From positions 7,874,001 to 7,938,000 of the forward strand of contig OZ024760.1 of assembly GCA_964016885.1 (NCBI GenBank): a stretch of DNA of 64,000 nt, given 5' to 3'. The notes under the pieces are model-generated. The model worked only from the letters and a program-made list of their open reading frames with translations, was not told where the DNA came from and did no database searches. Below are positions 40,648-53,351 of the stretch, one piece after another. The number at the start of each line of letters is the position of its first letter. Positions within the stretch are counted from its first letter, which is position 1. The position numbers and the translations under genes were made by a program. This stretch comes from Eledone cirrhosa (Eukaryota).

Positions 40648-43600
40648 GTTGTTTAGAAGAAATAAAGAATAAAGAATGTGACCGTCTTAAAGTTTGTCCG
40701 TCGTCCTTCGAACTTTCAGCTCGGAAGATTGTTTTTCTTCAAAGTGTATTACATTTGTTAATTTTTTTTTCTTCAGATATATAATTTACTAATTTATTGA
40801 TATATCGACTTATTTCAATAAAACTGAATAAAAATTATATATAAATATTAAATATTAAAAAGTAAACAATTTTCCGTATATTCCGCACCCAAAACAAAAT
40901 ATATTTATTAAACTTTTTTTAATAGATTATAAATAAATGATTATATTTCTAAGCATAGCGTTTGTGTAAGCAAATGAAACATGAAAATATATTGTTTTAT
41001 GAAATAATAATTTTCCACGTAAATTTACGGAGATTCGAAATTATCAATTTCATCTGTTATCGTCTGCTCCCATCTTTCTTGTCTTGTCCTTAAACTTTTG
41101 CTCTTTTACTGATTTCAGTCCTTAAACTGTGGCCGTGCTAGAACACCACCTTGATTTAGTCGATCATGTCAACCCTATTTTTTATTATTTATTATAAGAG
41201 AATAAAATTTGGGATCTGTAAGGGGTGCTATATGGCTGTTATTTCTAGCAGGTTGAGTAACCACGGTCAAGCAGGCTTTGATCAAACGGATTACTGCCAT
41301 TACCATTTCATTCTGTCATAGTGTAGCTTGGACTACAGCCCCATGTTATCGGAACGGATCTCCGTCGGTTTCGACGATGAGCATCCCAGTTGTTCGATCA
41401 TGAAATTAAGTGCAAGTGGCTGAGCATTCTACACAGTCACGTACCTACAGCTTAATTCTCATGGAGATTCACTGTGACGCAGAGTGTGACCATTCTACAC
41501 CCTAGAACTACAGGTAAAAGCCATCTTGTACTATAGTGCAAGTGGCTGAGCATTCCACAGAAACATATACCCATAGCGTAATACTCAGGGAGATTCATCA
41601 TGACGTTAGGTGTGATCACTCTGGCCCTTTGAATTACAGGTACAGATCACCTTATACTATAGTATAAGTGGCTGAGCATTCCACAGAGACATATATACCC
41701 ATAGCGTAATTCTCAGGGAGATTCAGTGTGACCATTCTGGCTCCTTGAATTATAGGTATAAACCATCTGACTGGCTTTCAAACAGTTTCTGACAATCCAA
41801 TGCCTGAGCCCAGTACTGAGTGATCACAAAATAAACTTCTTCCCCAATTGATATATGAAGACAAAAAAAAACAAAAATTACAGCTCACACCAATGTAGGT
41901 TGAAATGGTCTCCTACAAGGTTGTATCTCAAAGGAGGTTTCTTGAGTGTTTTAATAATAGGGGCACCCTTCCTGTCATGTTGTTGTTATAACAAGTCTCT
42001 TGGATGTTTTAATGATAAGAGCCTCAGACCTATCATGTTGTTGTTGTTGTTGTTACAGCTTACCCCTGTGGAAGGTTTAGCTTGCCTCCTACAAGGTTGT
42101 ATCTCAAAGGAGGTTTCTTGAGTGTTTTAATGATAGGAATCTCAGGCCTGTCATATTGTTGTTATAATTGGTTTCTTGGAAGTTTTAACCCTTTCATGAC
42201 TGTATTCCTAATGAAATACACTCTATTTCAATTAGTTAATAAAGAATTTTGAGGGATTTACTAAAATTATTAATTATTTCATTACTAAGATTGTAGCTTA
42301 ATTTATATATAGAGAGATTATGTTGGAAGATTTTAATTTAAATTGGAAACCCTTAAAATGGGTGATTCTGTTTCACAGTACCAGAGATGGTTTTGGCCAG
42401 GTCGGTAATTAAAGGGTTAATGATAGAGGCCTCAGTTTTATCATGCTGCTATTATAAGAGGTTTCTTGAACATTTTAAGGACAAGGGACTTCAGTCCTAT
42501 CATGTTGGTACATCTCACACCTATGTAGGCCTAGCTTATCTCCGAGAAGGTTGTATTTCATAAGAGGTTTCTTAAGTGTTTTAACGATAGGAGGTTCCAA
42601 TTCTATCATGCTGATATCATAACAGGTTTCTTGGAATTGTTAATGATAGAGGCTTCAGTCCTATCATGTTGTTCTTACAACAGGTTTCTTGGGTATTTTT
42701 ATGATAAGAGTCCCAGTCATATGATGTTGTTGTTGTTACAGTTCACACCTATGTTGGTTTAGTTGACCTCATATCAGGTTGGATCTCAAAGGAGGGTTCT
42801 TGAATGTTTTAACAATAAGAGATCCAGTCCTATCATGTTGTTACAGCTCACACCTATGTAATACATAGGCTGATTAGCTTATTTGCATACCAAGCGATTT
42901 TATGGCTAGCTTTGCCAAAAATTTAAAAAAGAAAAAAAATTGTTTTCGCTCATAACATGGTGGATATTTAAAAGTATTCATGAATGAATAATAATAATAA
43001 TATAATCATATCATAATATTATAAATATTCAGTGGATTGGCAGTATTGGTAGAGGGTCGGACGCCATACTTTCCAGCATAGTTACGTCCCTTTACGATCT
43101 GAGTTCAAATCCCGCCGAGGTTGACTTTGCCTTTCATCCTTACGTGGTCGATAAAATAAAGTACCAGTAATACACTGGGATAATTGCTGGCCTTGTGCCA
43201 AAAATAGAAGCAATTATTAATATCCGGTTTGTTTGCAAGTTGGAACAAGGGATCGAGGGGTGTCTACAGGGTGGCTCTCTCAGTTGAAGTCTCCGTTATC
43301 TTTAATCCTTTCAGAGTTGATAAAGAAAGTACCAGCCCAGTGCTGGTGTAGACCTCTCTCTCTCTCTTTCTCTGTCTCTCTCTCCCTTTCTCTCTCTTTC
43401 TCCTTCCAGCAGTTACATCCTGGATGTTACAGCAGGATCAAGCATGGGGTAGAGGAGTGACAAAATGTCTGTGTTTTCCAAAGTCCACTTTGTCTTTTAT
43501 TCTTTCGGGGGTTGATAAAGAAAAGTACCAGTCATTTCTGGTGGAGCTCCGACTCTTCTCTTCCCTCTCATTCTCTCCTTCCAACTGTCACATGTTAGAT

Positions 43601-43924
43601 GTTCCACTGGGAGGAAGTGTCAAGAGTGGGGTGTTTGCCGATGTTTAGGGTTGATAAAGAAAGTACAAGTCATTGCTGGAGAAGCGCCCACCTCTCTCTT
43701 TCCAGTTGTCACATCTTTGATGTTCTGCAGGATCAAAGGGGGGAGGGAGGATTGTGTAGGTGCCTGAGTCTGCTTGTCACTGCATGGGCATATTAAACCA
43801 TTAACAGTGACAGTATGGTGTGTGGTGCACATTACCAAGTCACACTGCACAGACATGTTAAACCTTTAACCTCTTCAGTGCCGTAGACGAGATAACTCAT
43901 TCTAACATGTTTGAACTCATTTCC

Positions 43925-44110
43925 AACAGTTCATCTCGGCCCCAGGGCTACCTCCTTACTCACCACCATAGGAGCTGAGCTGGCCAGCCGCAGGTGTGAG
44001 CCCCGCGAGTTGGAGTGGCTTTTCCAGCGCGTCTCCCTTGCCGTCCTCCGGGGAAACCCCTTCTCCATTCTGTCCGCCGGGGCTGTGGGTGGGCCCCATC
44101 GCGTACCAAT
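43925..44110 (+). mobile_element. CRE-clade LINE 3' fragment
   Basis: LGPRATSLLTTIGAELASRRCEPRELEWLFQRVSLAVLRGN is homologous to the 15.3-15.6 kb fragment. Confidence 0.7.
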
Positions 44111-44601
44111 ACATTAGTTAAATACCATTCTTTCATCTGATACAACACAATAAAGACACTCTTACTATTATATATTATATATCTAAAAAAAACAAAAAAA
44201 AACAAAAAAAAAAACAAAAAAAAAACAAAAAAAAAACTTCAAAATTATGAACTCGTTTCCAACAGTTCATAACTTCAAAGTTATGAACTCGTTTCCAACA
44301 GTACATAACTTCAAAGCTAAATGGGGTTATTAGTTTATTGATGTGATGTTTGTCAATCAAAATAGCCATTTTACTGAAAAAAAAATCTGGCACAGCAACT
44401 GTAGCTGTGTAAAATATACGTGGCAGTCAACAGGTTAACTGTGACAGTATGGTGTATGGTGCACATTACCGAGTCATACTGCATGGGCACATTAAACCTT
44501 TAACAGTGACAGTATGGTGTATGGTGCACATTACCAAGTCACTCTCGATTCCAAGTGAGGGCTGTTGTTAATTATAATTCTGTAATTCTTCTATCTTGCA
44601 G

Positions 44602-44757
44602 AGATTTTGTTGCTACTCACTTCCAACCAACTAACGCAGCAATGGCTTTCCCTTGTTTTGACCACCCTACAATGAAGGCTATCTTCCAGCTGACCATTAT
44701 ACGAAGAGCTGACCTAATCTCTCTCTCCAACACTGAGTTAAGCCACAGTGAAGACAG
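44602..44757 (+). CDS. M1 aminopeptidase exon 3
   Basis: ATHFQPTNAAMAFPCFDHPTMKAIFQLTI matches the M1 TQFQPxxARxAFPCFDEP motif. cttgcAG acceptor, GTATGT donor, phase 2/2. Confidence 0.92.
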
Positions 44758-45365
44758 GTATGTATACAAAACTGACCATATCTCTCTCTCCAACACTGAG
44801 TTAAGCCACAGTGTAGAGAGGTACAAATACAAAACTGACCATATCTCTCTCTCCAACTCCGAGTTAAGCCACAGTGTAGAGAGGTACATATACAAAACTG
44901 ACCATATTTCCAACTCCGAGTTAAGCCACAGTGTAGAGAGGTACATATACAAAACTGACCATATTTCCAACTCCGAGTTAAGCCACAGTGTAGAGAGGTA
45001 CATATACAAAACTGACCATATCTCCAACTCCGAGTTAAGCCTCAGTGTAGAGAGGTACATATACAAAACCGACCATATCTCTCTCTCTAGCACTGAGTTA
45101 AGCCATAGTGTAGAGAGGTACAAATACAAAACTGACCATATCTCTCTCTTTCCAACACCAACTTAAGCCACAGTGAAGACAGGCATGTGACCACATCTCT
45201 CTCCAACACTGAGTTAAGCCACAGTGTGGACTGGGCACATTTTGTCATGACACCAAAATGACCACTTTACAATATGGACTGGGCACATTTTGTCATGACA
45301 CCAAAATGACCATTTTACAATGTGGACTGGGCACATTTTGTCATGACACCAAAATGACCACTTTA
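44710..45365 (+). repeat. 57/63-bp tandem copies of the exon 3 end plus donor, followed by a 48-bp repeat x3
   Basis: CTCCAACACTGAGTTAAGCCACAGTGTAGAGAGGTAC..ATACAAAACTGACCATAT units. Confidence 0.93.
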
Positions 45366-46522
45366 CATGTTAACCTCGGCAGGATTTGAACTCAGAACGT
45401 AAAGGGCTATAACTCTATGCTGCAAAGCATGGTGTCTGATGTTCAATCCTGGTTTCTGATTTAGGCACACAACTAGTAATTGGAAGTTGATTAAACCCCC
45501 AAAATTGTTTACCTTGTACCTAAATCAGAAACCACTATTTTAATAATAATTATTATTACTAGCAGAAAAACCACCTTTCAGGTTGTTTTCTGCTAGCATG
45601 TGTGGTGTGTATATTGATATTATACACAAATATATATGCATATAAATAAAATCGTAATTGACAATATACACAGAAATTGAATGAAGACTGCGTTACACTG
45701 TCTTATGTAATCAGTAACGTAATCTATGATGCATTTAAAAAAGACGATATTATATATAAACTGCATTAGGAGAAAATTAATGACGGAAATATATGCGATT
45801 ATAAGTGTTATAATATAACGGCCGCTAACCGGAAGTGTTGACATTTGACAATTTTAAAGAAGTGAATCTTTAAATAAACTATATAATATATTTAATCAAC
45901 AGCCACAAAATTTAGTAGATAAATTATGTAATATTCATTCATTTGGATTGGCAGTATCGGTAGAGGGTCGGACGCCATGCTTTCCAGCATAGTTACGTCC
46001 CTTTACGATTTGAGTTCAAATCCCGCCGAGGTTGACTTTGCCTTTCATCCTTACGGGGTCGATAAAATAAAGTACCAGTAATGCACTGGGTAATTGCTGG
46101 CCTTGTGCCTAAAGTAGAAATAATTATTTATTCAAAGTAATCCAACTTATTTTACAAACGGGGTATAAAAATATATTCTGGATGCAGTCCCGTGCTCCTT
46201 TCTTTATTATAGTTTAGATTATTTTTGAATTGTCCCTAATCTCATGTGACCAAGAAAAGAAATCATAATCATCACCATCATTGCTATTACTATTATTATT
46301 ATTAGGGCAGTGGATTGGCAGTATCGGTAGAGGGCCAGACGCCATGCTTTGCAGCATAGAGTTATGGCCCTTTATGATCTGAGTTCAAATCCCGTTGAAG
46401 TTAACTTTGCCTCTCATCCTTACGGGGTCAATAAAATAAAGTACCAGTAATGCACTGGGGGTAATTACTGGCCTTGTGCCAAAAGTAGAAACAATTATTA
46501 TTATTTTTTTTTGTTTTGTCAG

Positions 46523-46640
46523 GAACGCAAGTATGGTGGCAGATATTTACGAAGAGACACCTAAAATATCTACATATCTTGTAGCATTTGTAGTTTGTGA
46601 TTATCAACATGTGGAGCAGCAAACAAATAGAGGTTTGAAA
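46523..46640 (+). CDS. M1 aminopeptidase exon 4
   Basis: YEETPKISTYLVAFVVCDY matches the TPxMSTYLxAF motif. tgtcAG acceptor, GTAAGT donor, phase 2/0. Confidence 0.93.
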
Positions 46641-46693
46641 GTAAGTTTTTTTTTTTGAGAAGTTCTTATGAAATATTATTTCTCTACAAGGTG

Positions 46694-47031
46694 AGGCACA
46701 TGGCTTAGTGGTTAGAGCATTGGCCTTACTATCGAAAGGTTGTGAGTTCAATTCTCAGATCGGGTGATGTGTTGTTTCCCTGAGCAAGACACTTTATTTT
46801 ACATTGCTCCAGTTTACTCAGCTGTAGAAATGAGATGATAGGGACTGGGGTCCCTATCATTCCCCTGCAAAGTGGTCGTGGAGGTGCCACGGCAAAAAAA
46901 AAAAGCACCCAGCACTCACTGTAAATGAGGTTGGTGTTAGGAAGGGCATCCAGCTGTAGAAATCAAGCCAGAATCAGTTCCCGTCCCACCCTTGCAAGCA
47001 GGGAAAAAGCGGACGTAAAATGATGATGATG
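46694..47031 (+). mobile_element. SINE family A copy
   Basis: Same head, core and tail as 30547-30888. Confidence 0.88.
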
Positions 47032-47529
47032 AATTCCACTGTCTGTCTCTTTCAGTGGCTGTCAAATAACTTTTCTCTACATTTGGGCTAAGTAATGGCA
47101 ATTGGGAGTAATGATTCTTCTTCTTCTTCTTCTTCTTCTTCTTCTTCTTCTCCTTCTTCTTCTTCACCCACTTATTCCTGAGAGGGTCACACGAGCAGAG
47201 TCTTCAAACACTCCTTCCAGCGGCTTCTGTCAGAAGCAACCATCTCCAACTGATCCAGCTGGATCCCCAAGTGAAACCAGCCGAGCCCATGGATGTTATC
47301 CAACCATTTTGCTTGGGGGTCTTCCCCTGGGTCTCCTGCTGGTTGGTTTTGCCTGGAAAATCTATCGGTCCAGCGATTCTTTCTTGAGACATTCTAAAGC
47401 ACATGGTGATAATCCCAGTTTTCAAAAAGGGAGAAAAGAGAGATTACTCCAATTACAGAAGGGTCTCCTTGTTAAGCCTCTCCAGTAAAGTCTATGCTAA
47501 GTGCCTGACAAAGAGATGTAGGGAGATTA

Positions 47530-48522
47530 ACAAGTCCAATCTAATGTAAAGTTATGTTGGTACCACAACATCCAGCCCGAAACAAATGAGGTCGTGTAGG
47601 TGTCATGACAAAAAAAAACACAGTCCACGCTGTAATGTGGCCGTGTAGGTAACACGGTAAAAACCTCCCGGTTCCATACTGTAAATGTGGTTGGTGTTAG
47701 GAAGGGCATCCAGCCATAGAAAACCCGCCAGACAGTCCACGCTGTAATGTAGCCGTGTAGGTAACACGGTAAAAACCTCCCAGTTCCATACTGTAAATGT
47801 GGTTGGTGTTAGGAAGGGCATCCAGCCGTAGAAAACCTGCCAGACAGTCCACGCTGTAATGTGGCCGTGTAGGTAACACGGTAAAAACCTCCCAGTCCCA
47901 CACTGTAAATGTGGTTGGTGTTAGGAAGGGCATCCAGCCATAGAAAACCCGCCAGACAGTCCACGCTGTAATGTGGCCGTGTAGGTAACACGGTAAAAAC
48001 CTCCCAGTCCCACACTGTAAATGTGGTTGGTGTTAGGAAGTGCATCCAGCTGTAGAAAACCCGCCAGACAGTCCACGCTGTAATGTGGCCGTGTAGGTAA
48101 TATGGTAAAAAACCTCCCAGTTCCATACTGTAAAAGTGGTTGGTGTTAGGAAGGGCATCCAGCTTTTGAAAACCCGCCAGACAGTCCACGCTGTAATGTG
48201 GCCATGTAGGTAACACGGTAAAAACCTCCCAGCCCCACACTGTAAATGTGGTTGGTGTTAGGAAGGGCATCCAGCTGTAGAAAACCCGCCAGACAGTCCA
48301 CGCTGTAATGTGGCCGTGTAGGTAACACGGTAAAAACCTCCCAGTTCCATACTGTAAATGTGGTTGGTGTTAGGAAGGGCATCCAGCCATAGAAAACCCG
48401 CCAGACAGTCCTATGCGAGCAAGACAACCACTCTTGCCTCAAGTGGGAAAACTCCCGTCCAAACCCATGCAAGTGTGGAATATGGCCGTTAAACGATGAT
48501 GATGATGATGATGATGATGATG
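47530..48522 (+). mobile_element. SINE/LINE-tail element with an internal ~112-bp tandem expansion (~7 units); relatives at 36012-36310 (-) and 24626-24785 (-)
   Basis: Repeated GGTTGGTGTTAGGAAGGGCATCCAGC unit; ends CAAACCCATGCAAGTGTGGAA..TTAAACGATGATG. Confidence 0.75.
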
Positions 48523-48584
48523 AATCAAGCTAATAAACAGTTTAACTGTTTTCTAGAAAAAAAAAAAGGTCTAAAGTCTGTCTC

Positions 48585-48810
48585 AAGCCCAGATGTTCAT
48601 CAAGCTGAAACTTATCCCAGTTTCTGTAAAGTTAAGCGACTGAGAGTACAAGACATCCCCCTGGACAGGACACCAGTCCATCGCAGGGTTAAATCCCCCC
48701 AGCTATTGGTGCTGGTACTGATTTTCAGCTGAGTATACTGAAGCAACATGAAATGAAGTATTTTGCTCAAGAACACAACCCAGCCCAGGAATTGAACCTA
48801 AGACATTATG
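48585..48810 (-). mobile_element. Older SINE (Deu/Nin-like central domain, tentative)
   Basis: Minus strand reads GGTTCAATTCCTGG..GTTCTTGAGCAAAATACTT..AACCCTGCGATGGACTGGTGTCCTGTCCAGGGGG..GAAACTGGGATAAG. Confidence 0.55.
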
Positions 48811-48864
48811 ATCCCCCATAACTATGTTTTCTCTACATTGTGACTGTTTTGGTCATCTATAAGA

Positions 48865-48874
48865 TGTGCGTGTA

Positions 48875-48905
<31 letters not shown>

Positions 48906-50400
48906 AAGTGAGTGTATATGTTTGTGTATGTGTATAAGTGAGTGTATATGTTTGTGTATGTGTATAAGTGAGTGTATATGTATGTGTATACGTGTATAAG
49001 TGAGTGTATATGTTTGTGTATGTGTATAAGTGAGTGTATATGTTTGTGTATGTGTATAAGTGAGTGTATATGTTTGTGTATGTGTATATGTGTATAAGTG
49101 AGTGTATATGTTTGTGTATGTGTGTATGTGTATAAGTGAGTGTATATGTTTGTGTATGTGTATAAGTGAGTGTATATGTTTGTGTGTGTGTATAAGGGAG
49201 TGTATATGTTTGTGTATGTGTATAAGTGAGTGTATTTGTTTGTGTATGTGTATAAGTGAGTGTATATGTTTGTGTGTGTGTGTATAAGTGGGTGTATATG
49301 TTTGTGTATATGTGTATAAGTGGGTGTATATGTTTGTGTGTGTGTATAAGTGAGTGTATATGTTTGTGTATGTGTATAAGTGAGTGTATATGTATGTGTA
49401 TATGTGTATAAGTGAGTGTATATGTTTGTGTATGTGTATAAGTGAGTGTATATGTTTGTGTATGTGTATAAGGGAGTGTATATGTTTGTGTATGTGTATA
49501 AGTAAGTGTATATGTTTGTGTGTGTGTGTATAGGTGAGTGTATATGTTTGTGTGTGTGTATAAGTGAGTGTATATGTTTGTGTATGTGTATAAGTGAGTG
49601 TATATGTTTGTGTGTGTGTGTATAAGTGAGTGTATATGTTTGTGTGTGTGTATAAGTGAGTGTATATGTTTGTGTGTATGTGTATAAGTGAGTGTATATT
49701 TTTGTGTATGTGTATAAGTGAGTGTATATTTTTGTGTATGTGTATAAGTGAGTGTATATGTTTGTGTGTGTGTGTATAAGTGAGTGTATATGTTTGTGTG
49801 TGTGTATAAGTGAGTGTATATGTTTGTGTGTGTGTGCATAAGTGAGTGTATATGTTTGTGTATGTGTGTATAAGTGAGTGTATATGTTTGTGTGTGTGTA
49901 TAAGTGAGTGTATATGTTTGTGTATGTGTATAAGTGAGTGTATGTTTGTGTGTGTGTGTGTATAAGTGAGTGTACATGTTTGTGTGTGTGTGTATAAGTG
50001 AGTGTATATGTTTGTGTGTGTGTGTATAAGTGAGTGTATATGTTTGTGTATGTGTATAAGTGAGTGTATATGTTTGTGTATGTGTATAAGTGAGTGTATA
50101 TGTTTGTGTATATGTATAAGTGAGTATGTGTATATCTATGTGTATAAGTGTATACATGAGTGTATATATGTGTGTATATCTTTGTGTATACGTGTATACG
50201 TGAGTGTATATATGTGTTTTTATCTATGTGTATAAGTGAGTGTATATGTATGTGTATATCTATGTGTATAAGTGTATACATGAGTGTATATATGTGTGTA
50301 TATCTATGTGTATAAGTGTATACGTGAGTGTATATATGTGTTTTTATCTATGTGTATAAGTGAGTGTATATGTATGTGTATATCTATGTGTATAAGTGTA
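48865..50400. repeat. ~30-bp GT/AT minisatellite
   Basis: GTGTATAAGTGAGTGTATATGTTTGTGTAT units. Confidence 0.96.
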
Positions 50401-50430
50401 TATTAATCAGATTTGCTTATGTTTTTTCAG

Positions 50431-50548
50431 ATTCGTTTTTACACTCGCAACCCAACTGAAGACCATGTCATGTTGGCCAAGTTTACCAAGAAATCTTTAG
50501 AATTCTTTGAAGATTACTTTGACATGAAATATACCTTACCCAAATTAG
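50431..50548 (+). CDS. M1 aminopeptidase exon 5 (not in ORF track)
   Basis: Hand translation IRFYTRNPTEDHVMLAKFTKKSLEFFEDYFDMKYTLPKL(D) matches the FEDYFxxxYPLPKxD motif. ttttcAG acceptor, GTAAAA donor, phase 0/1. Confidence 0.92.
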
Positions 50549-50894
50549 GTAAAACATGCTTTATTTTAACCCTTTAGCATTTACATTACTCTAGTCTCTA
50601 TCCTCCTATATGGCTGTGAGACCTGGACTCTTGGCAGAAACAGAGAGAAGGATTCAGGCGTTTGAGGACAAATGCGTGAGAAAACTCGTATTATCCATTG
50701 GGAATATAAAACCAATGAATACGTGCAGAGAAATTTAAAAAGTTTGTGGGTCTTTTTCCATGGGGTTACTCTTCAGGTAACATTTCATGACAGTTCTATT
50801 CAATTCTTTCGTCCAGTTGGTTCTTGTCCCATTTCTTCTTCTTGTAATTGCTGGCCTTGTGCCAAAAGTAGAAATAATTATTATTATTATTATT

Positions 50895-51946
50895 CCGAAG
50901 AGATTGGCTAGTTGATTTTCGTCGACGCCTAGAGTTTCCCCAAGTACATCGTCGCTCTTCTCCTCCACTAATCCTCTATAGAACGCCAAGGTGGAGTTTC
51001 CACCGATCACATTGCCCGATTGGTCAAGGGCTGTGAGCGCTTGAAGACATTCCAGTCTCCAAGCGCTCCTTCTCGGTCTTTACTTGACACAGGACTGCAG
51101 CTCCATCAAGGAGATGAGCTGGGGAAAGACGCGTCTAGCAAACTAGCCAATCTCTTCGGAAGAACTTTCGGGCCGGGGCCTATGGACAACTTCCAGAAAT
51201 CCCTGGCCTGGCAGTGCTACCGAGGAGCTTTGCCAGTTCGGGATAAACTCTACAGGCATGGAGGTGCTGTCAGCCGGGCATGTCCAAGATGCACACAGGG
51301 CGATAAAACCGTCCTGCACGCACTCGTCCAGTGTCCAAGCATTGCTGACTTGTGGGTTTATGTCGAACACCTGCTGTCGCATGTAGGACGGATCCAGCTA
51401 TCAGCTGAGTCCACCGTGAGGATTGCCCCACCCTCTTCCTTTAGCCGGGAAGGGCAGACAGTTTTTATCTGTCTGGTGGCCATGGCGAAAGAGATAGTAT
51501 GGTGGACACGTTTGAAAGGGCTGAAGACGAGCACTTACCTCTTCGGTGATGCCCTGATTAACTTTTTCAAATTTCATTTGAAAAGGAAAATCAGGGTAGA
51601 GAAGGAAGTGTTCTCTTCCCAGCATTTTGTTGAAAGATGGGTGAGAGAGGCAAGAATGGCCCGAGTGAATGGGCCTACTCTGAGTATGTGTCTGTAAATT
51701 AAAGGTGGAAAACTGGGAGAGGCCACTTGCCCTGGTGGTCAGGGTCACTGTGGCTTTTTAATGGGCTTTCTCCACGAATGTCCCTCGGAGGTCTCCCTCC
51801 TATTGGGGAATTTTTCATTGTTATTTTTTGTTACATCCTCTGTTTTTGTTTTTTACATGCAGAAATGCCCATTTGTACCGTCCTGTATTGTCCTGTACTG
51901 TCCTTAATGTCTACTTTATGTGAACCCTTGTGGTTAATAAAGAAAA

Positions 51947-51979
<33 letters not shown>
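50895..51979 (+). mobile_element. L1/Tx1-clade LINE 3' end (zf-RVT domain plus 3'UTR) lying between (ATT)n tracts
   Basis: AWQCYRGALPVRDKL..CPRC..TVLHALVQCP..W (CCHC zf-RVT), then AATAAA and (ATT)n. A second copy of the 3'UTR lies at 52188-52480. Confidence 0.85.
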
Positions 51980-51980
<1 letters not shown>

Positions 51981-52439
51981 GGGCGGTGGATTGGCAGTAT
52001 TGGGAGAGGGTCGGACGCCATGCTTTGACGCATAGAGTTACGGCCCTTGCCATTCTGAGTTCAAACCCCACCAAGGTTAACTTTGCATTTCATCTTTACA
52101 GGGTCGATAAAATAAAGTACCAGTAATACACTGGGTAATTGCTGGCCTTGTGCCTAACGTAGAAACAATTATTATTATTATTATCATTAATTAAAGATGG
52201 AAAACTGGGAGAGGGCACTTGCCATGGTGGTCAGGGCCACTGTGGTCTTTTAATGGGCTTTCTCCACAAATGTCCCTTGGAAGTCTCCCCCCTATTGGGG
52301 AATTTTTCTTTGTTATTTTATTTCAACCTCTGTTTTTTTACACGCAGAAATGCCCATTTGTACCGTCCTGTATTGTCCTGTACTGTCCTTAATGTCTACT
52401 TTATGTGAACCCTTGTGGTTAATAAAGAAAACATTATTA

Positions 52440-52476
<37 letters not shown>

Positions 52477-52495
52477 CATTATTTTGTTTTGGCAG

Positions 52496-52698
52496 ATGTG
52501 GTTCCTGTGAATATGTACCATTTTGGAGGTATGGAAAACTGGGGTCTCCTTCTCTTGTCAGAGTCCCTTCTGCCAGATGTGAAAGATGTTAACACCCTAC
52601 CAACCAACCCACTGAATGATGGCAGGGCCACCACCAATATACCAATGGAACAGCTTTGGGGGTGTTTAACGGTGATCCTCCATGAAATCATACATCAG
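52496..52698 (+). CDS. M1 aminopeptidase exon 6 (GXMEN and HEXXH)
   Basis: FGGMENWGL...VILHEIIHQ. ggcAG acceptor, GTTAGA donor, phase 1/0. Confidence 0.95.
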
Positions 52699-52708
52699 GT
52701 TAGAACCT

Positions 52709-52766
<58 letters not shown>

Positions 52767-52963
52767 GGAAAAGAGTCAGGACCCCTACGGCTGAGCTCCA
52801 GCCGTTTATACAGCTAGATCCGAAACCGTTCGAATCTAGCTGTCAAAATGGCCAGAGCTCAACCATCGGGGTCCTGACTATTTTCCTATTACCCACTCTA
52901 CTACCCTAAGTATTGAGTACTCTGGTGCATTATGGTCCACCTGCTATCTTACCACACCCTCTT

Positions 52964-53002
<39 letters not shown>

Positions 53003-53007
<5 letters not shown>

Positions 53008-53351
53008 TCATCATCATCATCATTTCATTTTACGTCCGCTTTTTCCCTGCTTGCAAGGGTGGGACGGGAACTGATTCTGGCTTGATTTCTACAGCTGGAT
53101 GCCCTTCCTAACACTAACCTCATTTACAGTGAGGGCTGGGTGCTTTTTTGCCGTGGCACCTCCACGACCACTTTGCAGTGGAATGATAGGGACCCCAGTC
53201 CCTATCATCTCATTTCTACAGCTGAGTAAACTGGAGCAATGTGAAATAAAGTGTCTTGCTCAAGGAAACAACACATCACCCAGTCTGAGAATTGAACTCA
53301 CAACCTCTCGATTGCAAGGCCAATGCTCTAACCACTAAGCCATGTGCCTCC
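53003..53351 (-). mobile_element. SINE family A copy (partial copies also at 22392-22615 and 61285-61440)
   Basis: Same head, core and tail as 30547-30888. Confidence 0.88.

Noticed and set aside
45829-45837. CCGGAAGT ETS-like motif suggesting a promoter
   Set aside because: Single short motif with no nearby supported first exon.
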